DNA of 64,000 bases from Eledone cirrhosa (lineage: Eukaryota). The DNA lies in assembly GCA_964016885.1 (NCBI GenBank), contig OZ024754.1, positions 21,948,001 through 22,012,000 on the forward strand, written 5' to 3'. The translations under genes were made by a program, and so were the position numbers. The notes beneath the pieces were generated by a model, which saw nothing but the letters and a program-made list of their open reading frames with translations, searched no databases and was not told the DNA's origin. This document shows positions 30,001-44,539 of the stretch, in pieces (the first letter of the stretch is position 1; the number at the start of each line of letters is the position of its first letter).

Positions 30001-33000
30001 ATGTTATATGTGTGTGGTAGATGGAGGTATGTTATATATTTGTGGTAGATGGAGGAATAGTATCTATATATATCTGTGGTAGATGGAGGTATGTTATATA
30101 TGTGTGGTAGATGGAGGTATGTTATGTGTGTGGTAGATGGAGGTATGTGATAGATGGATGTATGTTATATATATGTGGTAGATGGAGGTATGTTATATAT
30201 GTGATAGATGGAGGTATGTTATATATGTGGTAGATGGAAGTATGTTATATGTGTGTGGTAGATGGAGGTATGTTATATATATGTGGTAGATGGGGGTATG
30301 TTATATATGTGTGGTAGATGTAGGTATGTTATATATGTGGTAGATGGAGGTATGTTATATATGTGGTAGATGGAGGTATGTTATATATGTGGTAGATGGA
30401 GGTATGTTATATATGTGGTAGATGGAGGTATGTTATATATATGTGGTAGATGGAGGTATTTTATATATGTGGTAGATGGAGGTATGTTATATATGTGGTA
30501 GATGGAGGTATGTTATATATATGTGGTAGATGGAGGTATGTTATATATATGTGGTAGATGGAGGTATGTTATATGTGTGTGGTAGATGGAGGTATGTTAT
30601 ATGTGTGGTAGATGGAGCTATGTTATATATATGTGATAGATGGAGGTATGTTATATATATGTGGTAGATGGAGGTATGTTATATATATGTGGTAGATGGA
30701 GGTATGTTATATGTGTGTGGTAGATGGAGGTATGTTATATATGTGTGGTAGATGGAGGTATGTTATATATGTGGTAGATGGAGGTATGTTATATGTGTGT
30801 GGTAGATGGAGGTATGTTATATATTTGTGGTAGATGGAGGAATAGTATCTATATATATCTGTGGTAGATGGAGGTATGTTATATATGTGTGGTAGATGGA
30901 GGTATGTTATGTGTGTGGTAGATGGAGGTATGTTATATATATGTGGTAGATGGAGGTATGTTATATATGTGATAGATGGAGGTATGTTATATATGTGGTA
31001 GATGGAAGTATGTTATATGTGTGTGGTAGATGGAGGTATGTTATATATATGTGGTAGATGGAGGTATGTTATACGTGTGTGGTAGATGGAGGTATGTTAT
31101 ATATGTGGTAGATGGAAGTATGTTATATATGTGGTAGATGGAGGTATGTTATATATGTGTGGTAGATGGAGGTATGTTATATATGTGGTAGATGGAGGTA
31201 TGTTATATATGTGGTAGATGGAGGTATGTTATATATGTGTGGTAGATGGAGGTATGTTATATGTGTGTGGTAGATGGAGGTATGTTATATATGTGGTAGA
31301 TGGAAGTATGTTATATGTGTGTGGTAGATGGAGGTATGTTATATATGTGGTAGATGGAGGTATGTTATATGTGTGGTAGATGGAGGTATGTTATATATAT
31401 GTGGTAGATGGAGGTATGTTATATGTGTGTGGTAGATGGAGGTATGTTATATGTGTGGTAGATGGAGGTATGTTATATATATGTGATAGATGGAGGTATG
31501 TTATATATATGTGGTAGATGGAGGTATGTTATATATATGTGGTAGATGGAGGTATGTTATATATATGTGGTAGATGGAGGTATGTTATATGCGTGGTAGA
31601 TGTAGGTATGTTATATATGTGGTAGATGGAGGTATGTTATATATGTGGTAGATGGAGGTATGTTATATGTGTGGTAGATGGAGGTATGTTATATGTGTGT
31701 GGTAGATGGAGGTATGTTATATATTTGTGGTAGATGGAGGAATAGTATCTATATATATCTGTGGTAGATGGAGGTATGTTATGTGTGTGGTAGATGGAGG
31801 TATGTGGTAGATGGATGTATGTTATATATATGTGGTAGATGGAGGTATGTTATATATGTGATAGATGTAGGTATGTTATATATGTGATAGATGTAGGTAT
31901 GTTATATATGTGGTAGATGGAAGTATGTTATATGTGTGTGGTAGATGGAGGTATGTTATATATATGTGGTAGATGGAGGTATGTTATACGTGTGTGGTAG
32001 ATGGAGGTATGTTATATATGTCTGGTAGATGTAGGTATGTTATATATGAGGTAGATGGAGGTATGTTATATATGTGGTAGATGGAGGTATGTTATATATG
32101 TGGTAGATGGAGGTATGTTATATATGTGGTAGATGGAGGTATGTTATATATGTGGTAGATGGAGGTATGTTATATATGTGGTAGGTGGAAGTATGTTATA
32201 TATGTGGTAGATGGAGGTATGTTATATATGTGTGGTAGATGGAGGTATGTTATATATGTGGTAGATGGAGGTATGTTATATATGTGGTAGATGGAAGTAT
32301 GTTATATGTGTGTGGTAGATGGAGGTATGATATATATGTGGTAGATGGAGGTATGTTATATGTGTGGTAGATGGAGGTATGTTATATATGTGGTAGATGG
32401 AGGTATGTTATATATGTGGTAGATGGAGGTATGTTATATGTGTGTGGTAGATGGAGGTATGTTATATGTGTGTGGTAGATGGAGGTATGTTATATATGTG
32501 GTAGATGGAAGTATGTTATATGTGTGTGGTAGATGGAGGTATGATATATATGTGGTAGATGGAGGTATGTTATATGTGTGGTAGATGGAGGTATGTTATA
32601 TATGTGGTAGATGGAGGTATGTTATATATGTGGTAGATGGAGGTATGTTATATGTGTGGTAGATGGAGTTATATTATATGCATGGTAGATGGAGGTATGT
32701 TATATGTGTGTGGTAGATGGAGGTATGTTATATATGTGGTAGATGGAGGTATGTTATATGCGTGGTAGATGGAGGTATGTTATATGCGTGGTAGATGGAG
32801 GTATGTTATATATGTGGTAGATGGAGGTATGTTATATATGTCTGGTAGATGGAGGTATGTTATATATATGTGGTAGATGGAGGTATGTTATATGTGTGTG
32901 GTAGATGGAGGTATGTTATATGTATGTGATAGATGGAGGTATGTTATATATATGTGGTAGATGGAGGTATGTTATATATGTGGTAGATGGAGGTATGTTA

Positions 33001-36000
33001 TATGCGTGGTAGATGGAGGTATGTTATATATGTGGTAGATGGAGGTATGTTATTATGTGGTAGATGGAGGTATGTTATATGTGTGGTAGATGGAGGTATG
33101 TTATATGTGTGTGGTAGATGGAGGTATGTTATATATTTGTGGTAGATGGAGGAATAGTATCTATATATATCTGTGGTAGATGGAGGTATGTTATATATGT
33201 GTGGTAGATGGAGGTATGTTATGTGTGTGGTAGATGGAGGTATGTGGTAGATGGATGTATGTTATATATATATGTGGTAGATGGAGGTATGTTATATATG
33301 TGATAGATGTAGGTATGTTATATATGTGGTAGATGGAAGTATGTTATATGTGTGTGGTAGATGGAGGTATGTTATATATATGTGGTAGATGGACGTATGT
33401 TATACGTGTGTGGTAGATGTAGGTATGTTATATATGAGGTAGATGGAGGTATGTTATATATGTGGTAGATGGAGGTATGTTATATATGTGGTAGATGGAG
33501 GTATGTTATATATGTGGTAGATGGAGGTATGTTATATATGTGGTAGATGGAGGTATGTTATATATGAGGTAGATGGAGGTATGTTATATATGTGGTAGAT
33601 GGAGGTATGTTATATATGTGGTAGATGGAAGTATGTTATATATGTGGTAGATGGAGGTATGTTATATATGTGTGGTAGATGGAGGTATGTTATATATGTG
33701 GTAGATGGAGGTATGTTATATATGTGGTAGATGGAAGTATGTTATATGTGTGTGGTAGATGGAGGTATGTTATATATGTGGTAGATGGAGTTATATTATA
33801 TGCATGGTAGATGGAGGTATGTTATATATGTGGTAGATGGAGGTATGTTATATGCGTGGTAGATGGAGGTATGTTATATATGTGGTAGATGGAGGTATGT
33901 TATATATGTCTGGTAGATGGAGGTATGTTATATATGTGGTAGATGGAGGTATGTTATATGTGTGGTAGATGGAGGTATGTTATATATATGTGGTAGATGG
34001 ATGTATGTTATATATGTGGTAGATGGAGGTATGTTATATATATGTGGTAGAGGGATGTATGTTATATGTGTAGTAGATGGTGGTATGTTATATGTGTGAT
34101 AGTAGGAGGTATGTTATATATGTGGTAGATGGAGGTATGTTATATGCATGGTAGATGGAGGTATGTTATAGATGTGTGGTAGATGTAGGTATGTTATGTA
34201 TGTGGTAGATGGAGGTATGTTATATGCATGGTAGATGGTGGTATGTTATATATGTGGTAGATGGAGGTATGTTATATGCGTGGTAGATGGAGGTATGTTA
34301 TATATGTGTGGTAGATGGAGGTATGTTATATGTGTGTGGTAGATGGAGGTATGTTATATGTGGTAGATGGAGGTATGTTATATATATGTGGTAGATGGAA
34401 GTATATTATATATATGTGGTAGATGGAGGTATGTTATATATATGTGGTAGATGGAGGTATGTTATATATGTGGTAGATGGAGGTATGTTATATATGTGGT
34501 AGATGGAGGTATGTTATATATATGTGGTAGATGGAGGTATGTTATATATGTGGTAGATGGAGGTATGTTATATATATGTGGTAGATGGAGGTATGTTATA
34601 TGCGTGGTAGATGGAGGTATGTTATATATATGTGGTAGATGGAGGTATGTTATATGTGTGTGGTAGATGGAGGTATGTTATATGTGTGGTAGATGGAGCT
34701 ATGTTATATATATGTGATAGATGGAGGTATGTTATATATATGTGGTAGATGGAAGTATGTTATATATATGTGGTAGATGGAGGTATGTTATATATATGAT
34801 AGATGGAGGTATGTTATATATATGTGGTAGATGGAGGTATGTTATATATGCGTGGTAGATGTAGGTATGTTATATATGTGGTAGATGGAGGTATGTTATA
34901 TATGTGGTAGATGGAGGTATGTTATATATGTGGTAGATGGAGGTATGTTATATATATGTGGTAGATGGAGGTATGTTATATGTGTGTGGTAGATGGAGGT
35001 ATGTTATATGTGTGGTAGATGGAGGTATGTTATATGTGTGTGGTAGATGGAGGTATGTTATATATTTGTGGTAGATGGAGGAATAGTATCTATATATATC
35101 TGTGGTAGATGGAGGTATGTTATATATGTGTGGTAGATGGAGGTATGTTATGTGTGTGGTAGATGGAGGTATGTGATAGATGGATGTATGTTATATATAT
35201 GTGGTAGATGGAGGTATGTTATATATGTGATAGATGGAGGTATGTTATATATGTGGTAGATGGAAGTATGTTATATGTGTGTGGTAGATGGAGGTATGTT
35301 ATATATATGTGGTAGATGGAGGTATGTTATATATGTGGTAGATGGAGGTATGTTATATATGTGGTAGATGGAGGTATGTTATATATGTGGTAGATGGGGG
35401 TATGTTATATATGTGGTAGATGGAGGTATGTTATATATGTGGTAGATGGAGGTATGTTATATATATGTGGTAGATGGAGGTATGTTATATATGTGGTAGA
35501 TGGAGGTATGTTATATATATGTGGTAGATGGAGGTATGTTATATATGTGGTAGATGGAGGTATGTTATATATATGTGGTAGATGTAGGTATGTTATATGT
35601 GTGTGGTAGATGGAGGTATGTTATATGCGTGGTAGATGGAGGTATGTTATATATATGTGGTAGATGGAGGTATGTTATATGTGTGTGGTAGATGGAGGTA
35701 TGTTTTATGTGTGGTAGATGGAGCTATGTTATATATATGTGATAGATGGAGGTATGTTATATATATGTGGTAGATGGAGGTATGTTATATATATGTGGTA
35801 GATGGAGGTATGTTATATGTGTGTGGTAGATGGAGGTATGTTATATATGTGGTAGATGGAGGTATGTTATATATGTGGTAGATGGGGGTATGTTATATAT
35901 GTGGTAGATGGAGGTATGTTATATATGTGGTAGATGGAGGTATGTTATATATATGTGGTAGATGGAGGTATGTTATATATGTGGTAGATGGAGGTATGTT

Positions 36001-39000
36001 ATATATATGTGGTAGATGGAGGTATGTTATATATGTGGTAGATGGAGGTATGTTATATATATGTGGTAGATGTAGGTATGTTATATGTGTTTGGTAGATG
36101 GAGGTATGTTATATGCGTGGTAGATGGAGGTATGTTATATATATGTGGTAGATGGAGGTATGTTATATGTGTGTGGTAGATGGAGGTATGTTTTATGTGT
36201 GGTAGATGGAGCTATGTTATATATATGTGATAGATGGAGGTATGTTATATATATGTGGTAGATGGAGGTATGTTATATATATGTGGTAGATGGAGGTATG
36301 TTATATGTGTGTGGTAGATGGAGGTATGTTATATATGTGTGGTAGATGTAGGTATGTTATATATGTGGTAGATGGAGGTATGTTATATATGTGGTAGATG
36401 GAGGTATGTTATATGTGTGGTAGATGGAGGTATGTTATATGTGTGTGGTAGATGGAGGTATGTGATAGATGGATGTATGTTATATATATGTGGTAGATGG
36501 AGGTATGTTATATATGTGATAGATGGAGGTATGTTATATATGTGGTAGATGGAAGTATGTTATATGTGTGTGGTAGATGGAGGTATGTTATGTGTGTGGT
36601 AGATGGAGGTATGTGATAGATGGATGTATGTTATATATATGTGGTAGATGGAGGTATGTTATATATGTGATAGATGGAGGTATGTTATATATGTGGTAGA
36701 TGGAAGTATGTTATATGTGTGTGGTAGATGGAGGTATGTTATATATATGTGGTAGATGGAGGTATGTTATACGTGTGTGGTAGATGGAGGTATGTTATAT
36801 ATGTGTGGTAGATGTAGGTATGTTATATATGTGGTAGATGGAGGTATGTTATATATGTGGTAGATGGAGGTATGTTATATATGTGGTAGATGGAGGTATG
36901 TTATATATGTGGTAGATGGAGGTATGTTATATATGTGGTAGATGGAGGTATGTTATATATGTGGTAGATGGAAGTATGTTATATATGTGGTAGATGGAGG
37001 TATGTTATATATGTGTGGTAGATGGAGGTATGTTATATATGTGGTAGATGGAGGTATGTTATATATGTGGTAGATGGAGGTATGTTATATATGTCTGGTA
37101 GATGGAGGTATGTTATATATGTGGTAGATGGAGGTATGTTATATGTGTGGTAGATGGAGGTATGTTATATATATGTGGTAGATGGATGTATGTTATATAT
37201 GTGGTAGATGGAGGTATGTTATATATATGTGGTAGAGGGATGTATGTTATATGTGTAGTAGATGGTGGTATGTTATATGTGTGATAGTAGGAGGTATGTT
37301 ATATATGTGGTAGATGGAGGTATGTTATATGCATGGTAGATGGAGGTATGTTATAGATGTGTGGTAGATGTAGGTATGTTATGTATGTGGTAGATGGAGG
37401 TATGTTATATGCATGGTAGATGGTGGTATGTTATATATGTGGTAGATGGAGGTATGTTATATGCGTGGTAGATGGAGGTATGTTATATATGTGTGGTAGA
37501 TGGAGGTATGTTATATGTGTGTGGTAGATGGAGGTATGTTATATATATGTGGTAGATGGAAGTATGTTATATATATGTGGTAGATGGAGGTATGTTATAT
37601 ATATGTGGTAGATGGAGGTATGTTATATATGTGGTAGATGGAGGTATGTTATATATGTGGTAGATGGAGGTATGTTATATATATGTGGTAGATGGAGGTA
37701 TGTTATATATGTGGTAGATGGAGGTATGTTATATGCGTGGTAGATGGAGGTATGTTATATATATGTGGTAGATGGAGGTATGTTATATGTGTGTGGTAGA
37801 TGGAGGTATGTTATATGTGTGGTAGATGGAGCTATGTTATATATATGTGATAGATGGAGGTATGTTATATATATGTGGTAGATGGAAGTATGTTATATAT
37901 ATGTGGTAGATGGAAGTATGTTATATATATGTGGTAGATGGAGGTATGTTATATATATGTGGTAGATGGAGGTATGTTATATATGTGGTAGATGGAGGTA
38001 TGTTATATATGTGGTAGATGGAGGTATGTTATATATATGTGGTAGATGGAGGTATGTTATATGTGTGTGGTAGATGGAGGTATGTTATATGTGTGGTAGA
38101 TGGAGGTATGTTATATGTGTGTGGTAGATGGAGGTATGTTATATATTTGTGGTAGATGGAGGAATAGTATCTATATATATCTGTGGTAGATGGAGGTATG
38201 TTATATATGTGTGGTAGATGGAGGTATGTTATGTGTGTGGTAGATGGAGGTATGTGATAGATGGATGTATGTTATATATATGTGGTAGATGGAGGTATGT
38301 TATATATGTGATAGATGGAGGTATGTTATATATGTGGTAGATGGAAGTATGTTATATGTGTGTGGTAGATGGAGGTATGTTATATATGTGTGGTAGATGG
38401 AGGTATGTTATATATGTGGTAGATGGAGGTATGTTATATATGTGGTAGATGGAGGTATGTTATATATGTGGTAGATGGGGGTATGTTATATATGTGGTAG
38501 ATGGAGGTATGTTATATATGTGGTAGATGGAGGTATGTTATATATATGTGGTAGATGGAGGTATGTTATATGTGTGTGGTAGATGGAGGTATGTTATATA
38601 TGTGTGGTAGATGTAGGTATGTTATATATGTGGTAGATGGAGGTATGTTATATATGTGGTAGATGGAGTTATGTTATATGTGTGGTAGATGGAGGTATGT
38701 TATATGTGTGTGGTAGATGGAGGTATGTGATAGATGGATGTATGTTATATATATGTGGTAGATGGAGGTATGTTATATATGTGATAGATGGAGGTATGTT
38801 ATATATGTGGTAGATGGAAGTATGTTATATGTGTGTGGTAGATGGAGGTATGTTATGTGTGTGGTAGATGGAGGTATGTGATAGATGGATGTATGTTATA
38901 TATATGTGGTAGATGGAGGTATGTTATATATGTGATAGATGGAGGTATGTTATATATGTGGTAGATGGAAGTATGTTATTTGTGTGTGGTAGATGGAGGT

Positions 39001-42000
39001 ATGTTATATATATGTGGTAGATGGAGGTATGTTATACGTGTGTGGTAGATGGAGGTATGTTATATATGTGTGGTAGATGTAGGTATGTTATATATGTGGT
39101 AGATGGAGGTATGTTATATATGTGGTAGATGGAGGTATGTTATATATGTGGTAGATGGAGGTATGTTATATATGTGGTAGATGGAGGTATGTTATATGTG
39201 TGGTAGATGGAGGTATGTTATATATGTGGTAGATGGAAGTATGTTATATATGTGGTAGATGGAGGTATGTTATATATGTGTGGTAGATGGAGGTATGTTA
39301 TATATGTGGTAGATGGAGGTATGTTATATATGTGGTAGATGGAGGTATGTTATATATGTGGTAGATGGAGGTATGTTATATGTGTGGTAGATGGAGGTAT
39401 GTTATATATGTGGTAGATGGAAGTATGTTATATATGTGGTAGATGGAGGTATGTTATATATGTGTGGTAGATGGAGGTATGTTATATATGTGGTAGATGG
39501 AGGTATGTTATATATGTGGTAGATGGAGGTATGTTATATGTGTGTGGTAGATGGAGGTATGTTATATGTGTGGTAGATGGAGGTATGTTATATATGTGTG
39601 GTAGATGGAGGTATGTTATATATGTGGTAGATGGAGGTATGTTATATATGTGGTAGATGGAGGTATGTTATATGTGTGTGGTAGATGGAGGTATGTTATG
39701 TGTGTGGTAGATGGAGGTATGTTATATATGTGGTAGATGGAGGTATGTTATATGTGTGGTAGATGGAGGTATGTTGTATATGTGGTAGATGGAGGTATGT
39801 TACATATGTGGTAGATGGAGGTATGTTATATGTGTGGTAGATGGAGTTATATTATATGCATGGTAGATGGAGGTATGTTATATGTGTGTGGTAGATGGAG
39901 GTATGTTATATATGTGTGGTAGATGGAGGTATGTTATATGTGGTAGATTGAGATATGTTATATGTGTGTGGTAGATGGAGGTATGTTATATATGTGGTAG
40001 ATGGAGGTATGTTATATGCGTGGTAGATGGAGGTATGTTATATGTGGTAGATGGAGGTATGTTATATATGTGGTAGATGGAGGTATGTTATATGTGTGGT
40101 AGATGGAGGTATGTTATATGTGTGTGGTAGATGGAGGTATGTTATATATTTGTGGTAGATGGAGGAATAGTATCTATATATATCTGTGGTAGATGGAGGT
40201 ATGTTATGTGTGTGGTAGATGGAGGTATGTGGTAGATGGATGTATGTTATATATATGTGGTAGATGGAGGTATGTTATATATGTGATAGATGTAGGTATG
40301 TTATATATGTGATAGATGTAGGTATGTTATATATGTGGTAGATGGAAGTATGTTATATGTGTGTGGTAGATGGAGGTATGTTATATATATGTGGTAGATG
40401 GAGGTATGTTATACGTGTGTGGTAGATGGAGGTATGTTATATATGTGTGGTAGATGTAGGTATGTTATATATGAGGTAGATGGAGGTATGTTATATATGT
40501 GGTAGATGGAGGTATGTTATATATGTGGTAGATGGAGGTATGTTATATATGTGGTAGATGGAGGTATGTTATATATGTGGTAGATGGAGGTATGTTATAT
40601 ATGTGGTAGGTGGAAGTATGTTATATATGTGGTAGATGGAGGTATGTTATATATGTGTGGTAGATGGAGGTATGTTATATATGTGGTAGATGGAGGTATG
40701 TTATATATGTGGTAGATGGAGGTATGTTATATATGTGTGGTAGATGGAGGTATGTTATATGTGTGTGGTAGATGGAGGTATGTTATATATGTGGTAGATG
40801 GAAGTATGTTATATGTGTGTGCTAGATGGAGGTATGATATATATGTGGTAGATGGAGGTATGTTATATGTGTGGTAGATGGAGGTATGTTATATATGTGG
40901 TAGATGGAGGTATGTTATATATGTGGTAGATGGAGGTATGTTATATGTGTGGTAGATGGAGTTATATTATATGCATGGTAGATGGAGGTATGTTATATGT
41001 GTGTGGTAGATGGAGGTATGTTATATATGTGGTAGATGGAGGTATGTTATATGCGTGGTAGATGGAGGTATGTTATATATGTGGTAGATGGAGGTATGTT
41101 ATATATGTCTGGTAGATGGAGGTATGTTATATATATGTGGTAGATGGAGGTATGTTATATGTGTGTGGTAGATGGAGGTATGTTATATGTATGTGATAGA
41201 TGGAGGTATGTTATATATATGTGGTAGATGGAGGTATGTTATATATATGTGGTAGATGGAGGTATGTTATATATGTGTGGTAGATGGAGGTATGTTATAT
41301 ATGTGTGGTAGATGGAGGTATGTGGTAGATGGATGTATGTTATATATATATGTGGTAGATGGAGGTATGTTATATATGTGATAGATGTAGGTATGTTATA
41401 TATGTGGTAGATGGAAGTATGTTATATGTGTGTGGTAGATGGAGGTATGTTATATATATGTGGTAGATGTAGGTATGTTATATATGAGGTAGATGGAGGT
41501 ATGTTATATATGTGGTAGATGGAGGTATGTTATATATGTGGTAGATGGAGGTATGTTATATATGTGGTAGATGGAGGTATGTTATATATGTGGTAGATGG
41601 AGGTATGTTATATATGAGGTAGATGGAGGTATGTTATATATGTGGTAGATGGAGGTATGTTATATATGTGGTAGATGGAAGTATGTTATATATGTGGTAG
41701 ATGGAGGTATGTTATATATGTGTGGTAGATGGAGGTATGTTATATATGTGGTAGATGGAGGTATGTTATATATGTGGTAGATGGAGGTATGTTATATATG
41801 TGTGGTAGATGGAGGTATGTTATATGTGTGTGGTAGATGGAGGTATGTTATATATGTGGTAGATGGAAGTATGTTATATGTGTGTGGTAGATGGAGGTAT
41901 GTTATATATGTGGTAGATGGAGGTATGTTATATGTGTGGTAGATGGAGGTATGTGGTAGATGGAGGTATGTTACATATGTGGTAGATGGAGGTATGTTAT

Positions 42001-44417
42001 ATGTGTGGTAGATGGAGTTATATTATATGCATGGTAGATGGAGGTATGTTATATGTGTGTGGTAGATGGAGGTATGTTATATATGTGTGGTAGATGGAGG
42101 TATGTTATATGTGGTAGATTGAGGTATGTTATATGTGTGTGGTAGATGGAGGTATGTTATATATGTGGTAGATGGAGGTATGTTATATGTCTGTGGTAGA
42201 TGGAGGTATGTTATATGTGTGGTAGATGGAGGTATGTTATATATATGTGATAGATGGAGGTATGTTATATATATGTGGTAGATGGAGGTATGTTATATAT
42301 ATGTGGTAGATGGAGGTATGTTATATATGCGTGGTAGATGTAGGTATGTTATATATGTGGTAGATGGAGGTATGTTATATATGTGGTAGATGGAGGTATG
42401 TTATATATGTGGTAGATGGAGGTATGTTATATATTTGTGGTAGATGGAGGAATAGTATCTATATATATCTGTGGTAGATGGAGGTATGTTATATATGTGT
42501 GGTAGATGGAGGTATGTTATGTGTGTGGTAGATGGATGTATGTTATATATATGTGGTAGATGGAGGTATGTTATATATGTGATAGATGGAGGTATGTTAT
42601 ATATGTGGTAGATGGAAGTATGTTATATGTGTGTGGTAGATGGAGGTATGTTATATATATGTGGTAGATGGAGGTATGTTATACGTGTGTGGTAGATGGA
42701 GGTATGTTATATATGTGTGGTAGATGTAGGTATGTTATATATGAGGTAGATGGAGGTATGTTATATATGTGGTAGATGGAGGTATGTTATATATGTGGTA
42801 GATGGAGGTATGTTATATATGTGGTAGATGGAGGTATGTTATATATGTGGTAGATGGAGGTATGTTATATATGTGGTAGATGGAGGTATGTTATATATGT
42901 GGTAGATGGAGGTATGTTATATATGTATGGTAGATGGAGGTATGTTATATATGTGGTAGATGGAGGTATGTTATATATGTGGTAGATGGAGGTATGTTAT
43001 ATGTGTGGTAGATGGAGGTATATTATATGCATGGTAGATGGAGGTATGTTATATGTGTGTGGTAGATGTAGGTATGTTATATATGTGTGGTAGATGGAGG
43101 TATGTTATATGTGGTAGATTGAGGTATGTTATATGTGTGTGGTAGATGGAGGTATGTTATATATGTGGTAGATGGAGGTATGTTATATGCATGGTAGATG
43201 GAGGTATGTTATATATGTGGTAGATGGAGGTATGTTATATATGTCTGGTAGATGGAGGTATGTTATATATGTGGTAGATGGAGGTATGTTATATGTGTGG
43301 TAGATGGAGTTATGTTATATATATTTGGTAGATGGATGTATGTTATATACGTGGTAGATGGAGGTATGTTATATATATGTGGTAGAGGGATGTATGTTAT
43401 ATGTGTAGTAGATGGTGGTATGTTATATGTGTGATAGTAGGAGGTATGTTATATATGTGGTAGATGGATGTATGTTATATATGTGGTAGATGGAGGTATG
43501 TTATATATATGTGGTAGAGGGATGTATGTTATATGTGTAGTAGATGGTGGTATGTTATATGTGTGATAGTAGGAGGTATGTTATATATGTGGTAGATGGA
43601 GGTATGTTATATGCATGGTAGATGGAGGTATATTATATGCATGGTAGATGGAGGTATGTTATATATGTGTGGTAGATGTAGGTATGTTATGTATGTGGTA
43701 GATGGAGGTATGTTATATGCATGGTAGATGGTGGTATGTTATATATGTGGTAGATGGAGGTATGTTATATGCGTGGTAGATGGAGGTATGTTATATATGT
43801 GTGGTAGATGGAGGTATGTTATATATGTGTGGTAGATGTAGGTGTGTTATATATGTGGTAGATGGAGGTATATTATATCCATGGTAGATGGTGGTATGTT
43901 ATATATGTGGTAGATGGAGGTATGTTATATGCGTGTTAGATGGAGGTATGTTATATATGTGTGATAGATGGAGGTATGTTATATATGTGTGGTAGATGTA
44001 GGTGTGTTATATATGTGGTAGATGGAGGTATGTTATATGTGTGGTAGATGGAGGTATGTTATATATGTGGTAGATGGAGGTATGTTATATGCGTGGTAGA
44101 TGGAGGTATGTTATATATGTTGTAGATGGAGGCATGTTATATATCTGTTGTAGATGGAGGTATTTTATGTGTGGTAGATGGAGGTATGTTATATATGTGT
44201 GGTAGACGGAGGTATGTTATATGCGTGGTAGATGGAGGTATGTTACATATGTGGTAGATGGAGGTATGTTATATGTGTGGCAGACGGAGGTATAGTATCT
44301 ATCTTTATGTGTGGTAGATGGTGGAATAGTATCTATGTGTAGTAGTTGGAGATGTTATGTGTGTGGTAGATGGATGAATGTTATATTTTTTTTTTATTTT
44401 AGATGGAGGTATGTTAT
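1..44417. repeat. Satellite array, monomer GTGGTAGATGGAGGTATGTTATATAT (26 bp; 28-bp variants common; rarer 17, 24, 30 and 34-bp variants); continues past window start
   Basis: Head-to-tail monomers throughout, all in one orientation; length variation lies in the (AT)n(GT)n part; + strand almost C-free; monomers decay after ~43850. Confidence 0.99.
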
Positions 44418-44442
44418 CTCTGTAATAGTGTGTGTGTGGTCA

Positions 44443-44478
44443 CATCATCATCATTATCACCATCACCATCATCATCAT
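44443..44478. repeat. (CAT)n/(CAC)n microsatellite
   Basis: catcatcatcattatcaccatcaccatcatcatcat. Confidence 0.9.
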
Positions 44479-44539
44479 CCCTTCCATAATATGTTTGGAA
44501 TCCAGCAGAGCTATAGTAGTATATTTCTCCAACTTGTAG

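Noticed and set aside
54-43434. Dozens of 60-97 aa ORFs (CGRWRYVIYVVDGGMLY repeats)
   Set aside because: They arise when 26- and 28-bp monomers alternate and skip the TAG frame; no splice or domain support. Used only as repeat markers.
1-44417. CRISPR array or telomeric repeat
   Set aside because: No unique spacers, no cas genes, eukaryotic context; the monomer is not TTAGGG-like.
1-44417. Recursive splice sites (TAG|GTATGT variants) and G-quadruplexes
   Set aside because: No polypyrimidine tract precedes the AG; G-runs are almost all GG, so stable three-tier quadruplexes are not supported.
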